A stretch of 63,783 nt of DNA, filler included, from Octopus bimaculoides (taxonomy: Eukaryota), in assembly GCF_001194135.2 (NCBI RefSeq). It is 5 parts of 4 records of this genome, joined end to end, with 100 filler letters (N's around TTAATTAATTAA, not from the genome) between each part and the next. Parts side by side here need not be neighbours in the genome. Positions count along the whole stretch, not along the records: positions 28,884 to 53,739 come from NC_068984.1; positions 53,840 to 56,906 come from NC_069004.1; positions 57,007 to 62,421 come from NW_026296937.1; positions 62,522 to 63,783 come from NW_026311339.1; 1 more part is not named here. One strand, 5' to 3'. Positions 51,791 to 63,783 of this stretch are shown here, piece by piece. The position numbers were made by a program, and so were the translations under genes. Below the pieces are notes generated by a model, which saw nothing but the letters and a program-made list of their open reading frames with translations, was not told the DNA's origin and did not search any database. How positions within the stretch are numbered: position 1 is the first letter of the stretch; each line of letters starts with the position of its first letter.

Positions 51791-52698
51791 AGTTATATTT
51801 TAAAGGAATTTAACATAGACATTTTCCAAAAAAATGGAAATTAGCTGTTACAAATGGTGTTATCAATGTTATTATAAACTAGTGGTTTAAAAAAAAAAGT
51901 TATATTAATAGGTTCAATGAAGTCGCTCGGAGGTGGGGCCGAGCAGCTTCATTTCATTTTTCATTATATTTAACTCATTCTTCCCATTCATTTTTTCTTT
52001 TGTCCCCACCTTGTGCTGTGCCCTCTATATACGGCTTCGGCTTCCATAGCCAATATCATAAAATAAAGAAGTTTGGTTCCCAGAACTTGGCACGTCAAGC
52101 AGTTATTTAAATTTGGAGAATAACAAGCAAAATTACTTTACCCCAGAAGTTCAAGAAAACTACAAAGCAGTAATTGAAAGAGTTAAAAGAAATATGTAAA
52201 ATATTTCGTAAATCTTTTTCAAAACATCTTGTAACTTTAAGCGTAAATATAGAAAGGAAAATAAACTTCATTCGATTGTAAAACTCGCTAGAATACTCTT
52301 TTAACGATTATTCTGAAAGTTAAAAAGATATGCATCCCTAAGGTTGTAAGAGTGACTGGATACACAAGGACAATATCAGATGCTGAATGAAATTCTGTGT
52401 AAAACCTCATGAGCGACTCTCTGGTTCATTGAAATAGTTATTAAAAATTGTTGGATTTTTTATTTTATTTTATTTTATTTATTTATTTATTTTTTTTTTA
52501 TTGAGGAGACAGATATACTCAGAAGTTGAATAATCAATAAATATTTTGTTGTGGAAACTTAGGTGTAAGAAGAATTTTACCGCCATTCAATTATATCAGT
52601 GACTTTTGAAACGGTATTTTTCTAAGAGATAAAAACGAAGCTGTTATTCATATCATTTCTCCTTAACTAAGAACTGCTACAGAATATTATTTATCGAC

Positions 52699-52850
52699 AC
52701 TTCAAAAGCAAGTATTAAAAGATGTAGGGAGCAAATGTTTGAAAGATTATATAAAGAATTACATCAGGGAATATGCTATTTTCCTGAAACTTCAAAAACA
52801 AGTTTTAAAAAATGTAAGGAGAAAGCGTTTGAAAGATTATTTAAAGAATT
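52699..52850 (+). repeat. Diverged tandem duplication, period 90 bp
   Basis: ACTTCAAAA.CAAGT.TTAAAA.ATGTA.GGAG.AA..GTTTGAAAGATTAT.TAAAGAATT at 52699 and 52789. Confidence 0.8.
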
Positions 52851-53678
52851 TCTGAAAAGTGAAAATGAAAAAAATTATGGATAAGAGCGGTGAACAGAAC
52901 GAAAGTCAATAAGCCTTATTTTTCAAAAGAATATACGAGTACCAATGAAAAATCTAAAAGTCATACTTAAATCAAGAGTTAAGATGTCAGCAATGTACTA
53001 AAAACTGCTTTGAAAATATAGTATCTTTAAGTGAAAATATCGAAGAACTAAACTAATTGTTAGCAGTAAAAGTAGCTGGTGTTGAGCCGAGGAAGCTTTC
53101 TCAGCCGTTGGTTTATTCATAATCAAATTAAGCTCAATTCTGTCAGATAAAGCTGCTGACGCATTTTACTTTTTGGGAGATTATTTTAAAAATAAAGATT
53201 AAATTTCTTTTATGACTGAATGTGGAATCAAGTATTAAAAACAGTTAACTACATTTGCTGCAAGGCTTGCATATCAATTGCTAAACTTAAGAAAATTTTA
53301 CTTTTTTTTTCGTATTTGGTATAATAATACGTTATTAAAAAATGGAATATTTATATATATATATTATTTCCTTGGCCATATAAGTGTTCTTAACTTATTA
53401 AATAATACGGAATAGATATTGCAGAGGAAACGTATTTTCTATTTATTTCCTTTCGGATATGATTCTTAACTTTGTCAAAAATCGATTAATCAGTTAATAA
53501 CAGCTATGAAAATTCCAGATGATTCTAAATGATTAATTTTATGTTGTCATGAGTGCACGCTCGATGTATGGCAATCTTTATATCATACTCAATGTAGACG
53601 TATTTTTAGAATGCCTAATACTGAGAGAACCTTTCATCGAGACGCATGGTACTAAGAGCGCGGGCATGCACACGCTCG

Positions 53679-53739
<61 letters not shown>

Positions 53740-53839
53740 NNNNNNNNNNNNNNNNNNNNNNNNNNNNNNNNNNNNNNNNNNNNTTAATTAATTAANNNNN
53801 NNNNNNNNNNNNNNNNNNNNNNNNNNNNNNNNNNNNNNN

Positions 53840-54375
53840 ACCCAGATATGCACCTATACATACAGGTGGATGTCGGTATGCACATACCTGTACGTATATA
53901 TGCATATACTCATTTACTATTTGTTGTTATATATATATATATTTCTCCGTCCAGCTTCGTCATATCACACCGTTCAATATCCCATCACGTTTGGCCCTAC
54001 GGCTTTTTAATGTTTTCACTGTCCAATTTTTCCTGTCTTGGTTTGTGTTTGCTACCTAAAAATCCTCTGTTTAGTGGGTTAATCCACTACTCAGGAAGAA
54101 ACTATTCTAAGAGTGCATCCTGCCTTATCTTCGAAACGCCTAGTTTTAGAATAGAGGCAGCTGATGAAGGAATAATTCCATAAGTGGCTCGTCTGTCTTC
54201 CTATGTGTTCGTTCTGATGTCTGTAAACTAAGTCTGTTTTGTTTTTATGTCCCCGTTCATTTTTCTAACGTCCTGTACCCGGATATGCATCTATATATAC
54301 ATGTAGATGTAGGTATGTACATATATGCATGTATACATGCACATGCTTATATATCATTTGTATTATATATACACA
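53840..54375 (+). mobile_element. PLE pseudo-LTR-like / retrozyme-like repeat, copy 2
   Basis: Homologous to 18914-19460; the GATATGCA.CTATA.ATACA.GT.GATGT.GGTATG block occurs at about 53843 and again at about 54283. Confidence 0.7.
54115..54170 (+). ncRNA. Second copy of the permuted hammerhead candidate
   Basis: GCAU C CUGCCU UAU CUUC GAAA CGC CUAGUUUUAGAAUAG AGGCAG CUGAUGA AGG; helix I 6 bp; helix III has one A-C mismatch, consistent with CpG decay. Confidence 0.55.
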
Positions 54376-54877
54376 TAGAACACAGGGAGTTGAACCATGC
54401 TTGGACAACAAAGCAGCATGTTTATTTCCAGAACATTCTGGCAACACTGAAAGCACTATAAATTAAAGGATTCTTTAGTTCAGTCTACTTCTAGCCGTTA
54501 AAGTGGAGACAGCGCTATTGAGAGCTGTATTCATCACAAAGGGCATCAGGAGGTTGTAAGCATCCAGCAGAGGGAATTTGTTGTCTGCGGTGAATAAAGA
54601 CACAAACAACAGGAACACAAAATGGCAGATCGTTAAGAAAGAGAGACACAAAAAAGAAAGAAAGCACAGATGAGGTCACAGAAGCGGGACATGAAGAACT
54701 CTGGCCGAAATATAATTAATATCAAATAAAGCTGAAGCAAGCAAACACCGAATGAATAGAGCATGTGTTTTCATTGGCTAAATTGGCAACATGACCATCC
54801 ACAAATACAACGATATCTGTTTCAACACACGAGTTCACGTCAAGAATCTTGCATAATGAATACATAAACGTAATACC

Positions 54878-56322
54878 ATGAGCCCTAGCCAGGCTAGCAA
54901 GATGCTGAAAAACACTATATTTAGTTGCCTACGGAAAACCGTAATGTGTCTCCTCCAAAATAGCATGGAAAGACTGGAACTAACCAAAGGTCAAGCTGAA
55001 AGGCTGAAATGGACACTAATGGTGAATATAAAGAATAAGATACATAAGGAACTAAGCAAACAAGAAAAACGCAGGCGCATATTATTAAGAAGAATTAGAA
55101 GCTTCACCACACCAACAGAAGGAACTATGTTCATGGATATAATACTTCAAGAAAATGCACATATTAAACGCAAGTGCAAAAGACGTTTCAGAAAGAAATT
55201 CTCGTGGTTGAAACGTATACAACAATACCAACTCTCAAAGGAAGAGAAGTACCCAGAAAAAATAAGCGGAATAATTATAGCAGATGTCCCACTACCAGCA
55301 GAATTTAACGAGGACAATGAAATGTACAAATATGGTGGAATAACAACTGACCAAGATAAAAGGTTGTTATTTCAAATACCACCGAAATATGTTATCTATA
55401 ACAAGGTAAATACCATCCGACTCCTCTCTGAAATTGGAAAGTCTTTCACGAAAATACAGAGGAACTGGGTCTCCAACACAGGCTGACAAGAGGTAGACCC
55501 ATCCTACAATCACATCTATGGCTAGGAAGACCAGTATGGAGAGATGGAGCGGATGGATCAGAGCCATACGGATCCCCGAAAACCAATATCAAGTAAAGAA
55601 AATGATTGCACATGCACTAGCAGCTAGTTTAAGAGTTACCCTAAAAGGGCACACGTTTAAGTTTAACAACAAAATATACACCCAGGATGAGAGGGGTGGC
55701 CATTGAGGTTAGCATCACCGGTGATGTGGCCAACCTTTTCCTGGTATAGTGGGACAGGAAGCTTAAAGAATGCCTGGCACAGAACTCCATACTCGTGAAC
55801 ATGTACTCTTGCCCTATTGATGATGTCAACATAGTGGTAAAGATACACCCTACAAGAGAGTAACTAGAAATAGAAACTAATTCTATGGAGAGCTTCCAAC
55901 AAATAGATAACTTCATTCATCAGAGTATTAAGGTCACGATAGACTACCCTACGAAATACCCTAACAATAGACTACCAGTACTAGATATAGAACTATGGCT
56001 GGAAACGGTGAATAATAAAACCCAAATCCGCCATTCACACTATGCCAAACCTATGGTCTCCAAATACCTGATCCACTGGAACTCAACTGTTGCAGACAAT
56101 GCCAAATTCAATATATTGATGGCAGACCTCATCAGAGTAATGAGAAATGTGTCCCACATGTGCAACCCTACAGAGTTAAAGAGACACGTACAACACTTTG
56201 TTCACTGCATGCAGTTCTCAGGATACAGCCATAGAGAAAGGATCAGAGTATACAAAGGAGCCAGGAGGAAATTTGAAACAATCAAACGTAACGATAGGAA
56301 TGGGATTTGCCCACTCGGTTAA
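54878..56322 (+). mobile_element. Penelope-like RT pseudogene (possibly Naiad/Chlamys-type)
   Basis: FKFNNKIYTQ..GVAIEVSITGDVANLFLV*WD, decayed YxDD (CPIDDV), KVTIDYPTKYPNNRLPVLDIELW, HYAKPM, MQFSGY; deletions, frameshifts and stops. Clade assignment is from memory. Confidence 0.85.
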
Positions 56323-56579
56323 TGTTTATAACTTGACCCGGAAATGAAAATCAGAAAAAAATAGTGCAACGGGTGTAAAAAAATGTGTAGGAAACGAATA
56401 TGAAAAAAAAAATGCGAGCAAAGCAACAGGAGGGTGGGGAGAAGACCTCAGAAAATCCACAAGGTCCGTGGTTTTCCCTTGTAACTTTTAGGAAAATGGG
56501 GTTTTCTTCTACTAAAAACCTTAACATACTGCCAAAATGGAACTTCAATCATGTTTATTCACATGCATGTATTGTAGGT

Positions 56580-57200
56580 ATTTTACCAGGATCTGGTAAG
56601 GATATCGAACATCGCATCCAATCAGGTCATGCCTCTTTTGGTCTTCTCAAAGCCAGAGTCTTTTGCAACAAGGATCTGACATTCAAAACGAAGCTCATGG
56701 TCTATCGGGCTGTTGTTGTATCAACTCTGCTGTACGTGAGGACATGAAGAAACTAGAGCGCTTCCATCAATCCAAACTTCGTTCTATCCTGAACATCAAC
56801 TGGGAAGATCGCATCACCAACAACTCTGTGCTTGAAAGATCAGGTCTCCTGAGCATCGAAGCCCTGATCATTGAACATCGTCTCCGATAGTCAGGTCACG
56901 TTCGTCNNNNNNNNNNNNNNNNNNNNNNNNNNNNNNNNNNNNNNNNNNNNTTAATTAATTAANNNNNNNNNNNNNNNNNNNNNNNNNNNNNNNNNNNNNN
57001 NNNNNNAAAGAACAGTTGGAAGTTGATCCGGACCTTTCTTCGAAAGTTATCACTGGTGACCAAAGCTGATGCTATGGAATTTGCAGATGTGAAAGAGGTA
57101 AAGAAAGAATGATGGAGGCGTTAAAAGGCACCACTTTGCAAGAGTTCCAGCAATACTTCGAATAGTGGTAAACGCGTCTGGATCGATGCATTGCTTTAAT
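56580..57200 (+). mobile_element. RTE-BovB-like LINE 3' fragment (spans a join)
   Basis: DIEHRIQSGHASFGLLKARVF..TKLMVYRAVVVSTLLY, LERFHQSKLRSILNINWEDRITN. Confidence 0.9.
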
Positions 57201-58399
57201 TGAAGAACACTTTGAAGGCGATCAAAGTGTAAATGTGTAGAAATTGAGTGAATAAAAGAATATTGCAAAACTCCGGTTTCTTTAGGATACCCCCTCGTAT
57301 GAGGAATAGCTATTTTCATAAAAAGGATTAACCGAAAAGTTGCACACCTTAGACTGATGTTTCGGGTTAATTCTATTATCATTGTATGAAAGCTTATGTT
57401 CTAAATGTTTCTCTTCCACGGACAAACAATGGAAGGTTTTTTTGTGCAGCAGGTAAGTAACTATCCTAATATCTACAGGTGTAAAGAAGGAGCTTTGTTT
57501 ATATTATGTAACCTTGTTAGGGGGAAATAAATATTGCTTAAGCTGAGGTTAAACGAAATAATCTTAGTGGAGACAGTATGAAACCAACTTCGATATTGTA
57601 CCTATTGTTTTTGGATTTAGAATAATTTTTGAGAATTGAATTTATGCTTGGCTAACATTATTTCTCACAAAAGTGAGGTCAACAGAAAACGAAACTACCA
57701 GGAGCATACTGTGATTTTCAGTTCAACATACTATTTCATCGGTAGAATATCATTGTATCTAAAGCAACAATGAGTGAAGTAATTTCTGTTTATTGTCAGT
57801 TGAAAGCAAAGAGCATGATATGCATTTTCTGTTCAATAACAAGAGTAACAACTATCTGTAGATGGAAGTGGGTATTTGCAATCATTGTATTATTTGAACC
57901 TAATTATCTCCTAAGTGATTGAAATAATAATTGGATTAAAATCAAAAGGTAGCTGCACAAAATTAAATACAGAACACAAATCTAGAACTTTCGTTTTTCA
58001 CTCAATTTCTTGTGTTCTATCATCAATTAATAAATATCAATTTGCAACATCGCCACGCGGTCACTTAGTTGGGAGAGAAGTTGTGGATAATTCACATGCC
58101 TCCACTTTGTCTACTCAGTCATTTTGATAATGTACGTTACAATTACGTTGAAACACAACTTTTGTGGGATGAAATTATCGTCATCATTTAACGACTATGT
58201 TACATATTTTCATGGATTGGAAGGTATCACAGAAACCGGTGTGCCCAAGGTCTGCATCGAGCTCCAGTGTCTACTTTACTATGGTTTTAACGGCTGGGTG
58301 CCCTTCTTAACGTCAACCAGGAAGACAACTGGAAATTGTTACATAATAACCTGTTTAGGGTTGCAAATAAGATATATGAATGGAGTAAAGTCCTAGCCA

Positions 58400-58660
58400 A
58401 GCAAGAGCAACATGGTGGTGGAATGATAAGATTGATAGAGCAATCAAGGCTAAGACACAAGCATTGATGGATTGGAATGCTGTTGGCTGTAGGGAGAACT
58501 AACTATTGATTAGAAGGGTATGTAAACATCAGATGTATGTGGCTAAAAGTCTAACAGAAAGGAAGTGATTTGCGCGTGTGGGACAATGTAAGGTTCAGAG
58601 GTGCGAAGTGTTCAGGATTGTGAAACAGTGCGCGAGAAAGAATTGGTGAAAAGGAACTTA
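58400..58660 (+). mobile_element. RTE LINE linker-region remnant
   Basis: WWNDKIDRAIKAK...CEVFRIVKQCARK pattern. Confidence 0.55.
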
Positions 58661-60564
58661 GGCTCAAATTCAGACAGCTATGTAAAGTTTGTTGCCCAAT
58701 CCCTGGTCGGGAAAGATTGCTCCTGAAATGTCATATTTGTGGCAGCAGGATTCGTTTTAGTGGAAGCTGTGAACGCCTACTATAAATAAACTTTATCTTT
58801 CTGCCATAATCGAATATTTCTTTTCTAAACAATTTTGTTTTGGGGTGGGATTCTGTGTTTTCTTTTCCATTTATGCAAACTATGAAATTAAGTTCGAACA
58901 CTCTGTATATAGCACTGAAATTAGAACCAGGAAGTTTCCTCACCGCCATTAACAACACCTACAACAACAACAGCAACAAGGTTCAGTGGAAATCATTAAG
59001 AAAATTATTATATACATAATGAAACGAGCTGAGAGGAGTGTGTCTATAGAAGATAATATGGCATTAAATAAGTTAAACAGGCCAACGTGGTGACATTCGA
59101 AGCTAGAAATGTTGAATTTATTCTAATAACAATAGCGATGATGGGATTATCAAAGTAATTAATAAATAATTTCCATGGAGCGAACAGAACAACAATTAAA
59201 ACAGTAGGACAAGCAAAAAACAAAATAGCGTGTTACGATATGTGTGCGTGTATGAGTGTGTGTGTATGCATACATAAGATACGAAAGCGCTAAGCAATGT
59301 GTACAATTACCAGCTTGTTACCAGTTCAAATATGCTTGAGGCCTACTCGAACCCGTCAGAAAGCCGTTCAAAGCATATTGTTATATTGGGGAAAATTTCT
59401 CGCTGTAAATACATAGGTGTAAACACACCATAGCCTAATGGTTAGGGTGTTACACTCAGTAAAACACGAGTTGTTCTGCAATCATTTCGATATTTGACGT
59501 GTGGCATACTTCTGCACCTGTACAGGTAATGTCGATTTCATGGCAGGGAGTAAATTTACGCGCAGCATAACCCCACCCCTAGCAAATATATATATATATG
59601 TTATCTTTTATTGTTTACATGTTTCAGCCATGCTGGGCACCACTTTGACGAATTTTAATCAAGTTTATCGAATCCAGTATTTGTAATTTTTTTCTTAAGC
59701 CTGNNNNNNNNNNNNNNNNNNNNNNNNNNNNNNNNNNNNNNNNNNNNNNNNNNNNNNNNNNNNNNNNNNNNNNNNNNNNNNNNNNNNNNNNNNNNNNNNN
59801 NNNNNNNNNNNNNNNNNNNNNNNNNNNNNNNNNNNNNNNNNNNNNNNNNNNNNNNNNNNNNNNNNNNNNNNNNNNNNNNNNNNNNNNNNNNNNNNNNNNN
59901 NNNNNNNNNNNNNNNNNNNNNNNNNNNNNNNNNNNNNNNNNNNNNNNNNNNNNNNNNNNNNNNNNNNNNNNNNNNNNNNNNNNNNNNNNNNNNNNNNNNN
60001 NNNNNNNNNNNNNNNNNNNNNNNNNNNNNNNNNNNNNNNNNNNNNNNNNNNNNNNNNNNNNNNNNNNNNNNNNNNNNNNNNNNNNNNNNNNNNNNNNNNN
60101 NNNNNNNNNNNNNNNNNNNNNNNNNNNNNNNNNNNNNNNNNNNNNNNNNNNNNNNNNNNNNNNNNNNNNNNNNNNNNNNNNNNNNNNNNNNNNNNNNNNN
60201 NNNNNNNNNNNNNNNNNNNNNNNNNNNNNNNNNNNNNNNNNNNNNNNNNNNNNNNNNNNNNNNNNNNNNNNNNNNNNNNNNNNNNNNNNNNNNNNNNNNN
60301 NNNNNNNNNNNNNNNNNNNNNNNNNNNNNNNNNNNNNNNNNNNNNNNNNNNNNNNNNNNNNNNNNNNNNNNNNNNNNNNNNNNNNNNNNNNNNNNNNNNN
60401 NNNNNNNNNNNNNNNNNNNNNNNNNNNNNNNNNNNNNNNNNNNNNNNNNNNNNNNNNNNNNNNNNNNNNNNNNNNNNNNNNNNNNNNNNNNNNNNNNNNN
60501 NNNNNNNNNNNNGACTTTGTGGACATCCTGTATGTATGTACGTATGTATGCATGTATGTATGTA

Positions 60565-61660
60565 TAGAGTTGGTTAAAATGTTCGTTCAGTTTTCATTGG
60601 CAACACAATTTAAGCATTCTGATGTTAACTTTAGTCTGTATTTTGCGCATGTGCACTCCTAAGATACTTGACAATTCAGAGTAGTTCGACGTGAATTTGA
60701 AACACAACCTGTTGCATTGCTTGGAATCATCCAGAAATGGAGAGCAACAATGGCCCATTAACGACACCTCATATTTTCTTCTTTAAAAGCTGAAAAGCAA
60801 GAAAGCGGTAGAAACCCGCTGGACGATATGTGCTGTGTATGGAGATGATGCTTATGTCCAACATTTCGATCGCTAATTTTTCTGCTCAAGATGCACCTGG
60901 CTCTGGCGTGCCAACTGAGCTTAACAGCGATACCAGCCCACCTCCTGCGAACAGGTTAATTACAAATACTCTTCAGACATCGAACTGTCGAAGACCCTTT
61001 CCGTCAACTTGGTTACAGAAGCAAGCGCGATGCTCTTTGGTTTAATGCGACTAACCTCGCTCGTGATGGATTCCAATCTACGATTCATTGAAGAGATGTT
61101 AAAACGATGGTGACGGGAGAAAACAATGGATCGTCTATAACAAACGATGATGGAATAAGCACGGTGAACCACATACAAAAAATGCCCAAAGCAGGACGTT
61201 ACCCGAAGAAGGTTACGCTTTCAATTTGGTGAGATAGGTAAGGTGTTGTCTTTTACGAGCTTCTTTCCACGAACTGTGATCCATTAGAAGCATCCAGCAT
61301 TTGCTAAACGTAAGTGCATCAATGCCTGACCGCACACTTAATTTCGAACGCGACAGAAGTTACTGGGGTCTGACGGGCACGTTTTGCCGCAACCTCCATA
61401 TTCGATTGCACCGGTTTTAGTCCCTTTAAACTTGCACGGGCTTTGGTCCGTTCCAAATTCACTGAATGGACAGACCATCAGTTCCGACTGGGATGTAAAA
61501 ATTCACCTGGAGGAGTTTTTCACCATAAAGACGGGAAATTCTTTGACCAGAGATTACTGGGTCTGTTCATAAGATGGCAGAAGATACAATAATTATAACA
61601 TAGATTGAATTGCTTTGTGTTTAATTGTTTTTTTATGTTCGCTTATAAAACAGTACGAAC
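60565..61660 (+). mobile_element. Decayed mariner (Mos1/mellifera-like)
   Basis: Frames give ICAVYGDDA, VTG-EKQWIVY, PKAGRYPKKVTLSIW*D, LPQPPYS-IAP, NSLNGQT..DVKIHLEEFF; left TIR-like GTTGGTTAAAATGTTCGTTCAGTTT. Confidence 0.85.
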
Positions 61661-62525
61661 AGCCTCTGTCCGTACGGTTTTTTCATATCAAATTTTAGTA
61701 ACNNNNNNNNNNNNNNNNNNNNNNNNNNNNNNNNNNNNNNNNNNNNNNNNNNNNNNNNNNNNNNNNNNNNNNNNNNNNNNNNNNNNNNNNNNNNNNNNNN
61801 NNNNNNNNNNNNNNNNNNNNNNNNNNNNNNNNNNNNNNNNNNNNNNNNNNNNNNNNNNNNNNNNNNNNNNNNNNNNNNNNNNNNNNNNNNNNNNNNNNNN
61901 NNNNNNNNNNNNNNNNNNNNNNNNNNNNNNNNNNNNNNNNNNNNNNNNNNNNNNNNNNNNNNNNNNNNNNNNNNNNNNNNNNNNNNNNNNNNNNNNNNNN
62001 NNNNNNNNNNNNNNNNNNNNNNNNNNNNNNNNNNNNNNNNNNNNNNNNNNNNNNNNNNNNNNNNNNNNNNNNNNNNGCCAAGAGAATTCCGTGATACAGC
62101 TGCCCCATTTTACCAGAGAATCACACTTCGCTGTAGGGGCCAAATAGTCAAGGATGAACGTTCCTCTGGGCTATCTCTAGATATAAACACACCGAAAATT
62201 GGGAAAAAGCTATCAATGATAATTAATCAAACATGACGTGATTTCAATGAGGTTGTAGCGACACCCTCCCTTTTGTGTCAGCCAGACAAACGAGCTACAC
62301 GTTCTTTTGTGTCAGACATGACCAAGAGCAACACTTCACCTTCGGCCACAAGAAAGACGATGCCACCTTTACCCTTTCTTCCTTTCTAGTCAGCTTAGTG
62401 CTTTCCTTACTCTTTCCCTCTNNNNNNNNNNNNNNNNNNNNNNNNNNNNNNNNNNNNNNNNNNNNTTAATTAATTAANNNNNNNNNNNNNNNNNNNNNNN
62501 NNNNNNNNNNNNNNNNNNNNNTAGG

Positions 62526-63335
62526 TTGGTTAGGAGAAATAATGATAAAATTTATGATCATAGGGATACTCGTAAAAGTGTCATGCGTAATTCTAAATGT
62601 TTTAGGTATCTTGCAAAAGGATTTAATAATATTGAAGATGGTTATCTTTGGTTTATTTTACCATTTGGTAAAAGTGTTAAGTTGAATTTGGTAGCTCAGT
62701 TTAGGGAGGTAATTAGTAAGCATTTCCCTGCAAATTCGCGTTATGGTAAAATTATTAATACGCATAGTGTTAGGTTTGGTTTTTCCAATACTAAGAACCT
62801 GGAGCAGATTATTGCAGCGCATAATTCTAAAGTTCTTAAGACAGGCATGAATGGAATGAATAGGGATGAGGACCCTCACTTAGGTAATAATATTATAGGT
62901 TCTAAGATTGAGGTAACAGAGATTAATCCCAGGAGGTTAAGGTTTGAGAGTCCGAACATGAGATTAAACAATATAGTGTATCAGTGTAAGGTTAAGAGCG
63001 ATACAGATATTAGTGTTTATGTGGGTTGTTCTTCGGTTAAAATTTGTAGGAGAATTTCTTGTCACTTTAATACGTTTAGAGATAGGAGTAAAATAGCTAG
63101 TACTAGTCTTAGTAGGTTTATTTGGGGGTTAAAAGAACAAAATAAGAATTTTTTGTTAGAATGGTCAATTATTGGGAGAGATTTCCCTTACGATAAGGGT
63201 AGGAAGTATTGCCACTTGAGCAATCTTGAATTGTATTTTCTTCTATTTTCAAAGCATAAGCTAATTAATAAACTAACGTATAATGGGTTCAGATGTGTTC
63301 ACGTTCGCAAACATACTGATTTTTGGTTTAGATAA
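62526..63335 (+). CDS. Open C-terminal frame of a Penelope-like element (Neptune-like thumb + GIY-YIG endonuclease), 5'-truncated by a gap
   Basis: WFILPF..KHFP..KIIN..VRFGFS..NLEQIIAAHNSKVL; NIVYQCKV..VYVG..RRISCH..F..STSLSRFIW.LK..EWSII..CHL..LE..LN...C.H; about 270 codons without a stop. Confidence 0.85.
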   Translation: MVRRNNDKIYDHRDTRKSVMRNSKCFRYLAKGFNNIEDGYLWFILPFGKSVKLNLVAQFREVISKHFPANSRYGKIINTHSVRFGFSNTKNLEQIIAAHNSKVLKTGMNGMNRDEDPHLGNNIIGSKIEVTEINPRRLRFESPNMRLNNIVYQCKVKSDTDISVYVGCSSVKICRRISCHFNTFRDRSKIASTSLSRFIWGLKEQNKNFLLEWSIIGRDFPYDKGRKYCHLSNLELYFLLFSKHKLINKLTYNGFRCVHVRKHTDFWFR

Positions 63336-63419
63336 TTTCATTGTTTATTTTCACCTATAGCTGAATTTTGTTATGATCGGGTATTAGGGTCTGAGTTTTA
63401 GTATTTTTAGTTTTGTTAT

Positions 63420-63783
63420 TGCTCTATTTACATATACGTATATCCGTACATATACATGTGCAAGTGTATATACATGTGCATGGGTATACGTGGAAATGTG
63501 TGTATATATGTGTATGGGTATGTATGTGTATATGTATGTGTGTATGTATGTATATGTATATATATATATATATGTATATATATATGTATGTATATATGTG
63601 TGTGTGTATATGTATATATATGTATGTATGTATGTGTGTGTGTGGTGTTTTGTATGTGTGTATGTATATTTGTTTTTTGTGTTATATATGTATATATAAT
63701 TTTATAATATTAAAAAACTTTTTTTTATATATATATGTATGTGTGTGTATTTATGTATGTGTATGTATATGTATATATGTATG
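63420..63783. repeat. (TA)/(TG)/(TATG) compound microsatellite
   Basis: Direct reading. Confidence 0.95.

Noticed and set aside
54160-54230. SECIS element or Sec read-through for the neighbouring PLE
   Set aside because: No 11-13 bp helix with apical AA and a GA quartet; the ORF also has TAG/TAA stops and frameshifts, and its TGA codons are not at evident Cys positions.

Overview
AT-rich, gap-rich eukaryotic genomic window. The SINE families, microsatellite load and LINE/Penelope repertoire point to a coleoid cephalopod, probably Octopus (inference from repeat recognition, not a database result). The only clear host gene is one large coding exon of a FASTK-family mitochondrial RNA-binding protein (FASTKD3-like; minus strand, 5178-3801, spliced at both ends); its remaining exons are not recognisable here. 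The rest is mostly transposon debris: at least five SINE-like families, remnants of RTE, RTE-X, CR1, Tx1/L1 and REL-type LINEs, a Gypsy RNase H fragment, a probable solo LTR, two mariners, a Charlie-type hAT with perfect TSD, MITEs, and three different Penelope-like element (PLE) lineages. The most striking observation is a repeat present twice (19137-19082 minus; 54115-54170 plus) that carries all hammerhead ribozyme core nucleotides and the three helices in an order that is not a circular permutation (types I/II/III) but a fully pseudoknotted one. One copy has an intact GUC cleavage site and runs into a 176-bp perfect palindrome; the other sits about 0.7 kb upstream of a PLE reverse transcriptase. 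Four TTAATTAATTAA islands inside N runs are assembly linkers. Most repeat boundaries are approximate, read by eye.
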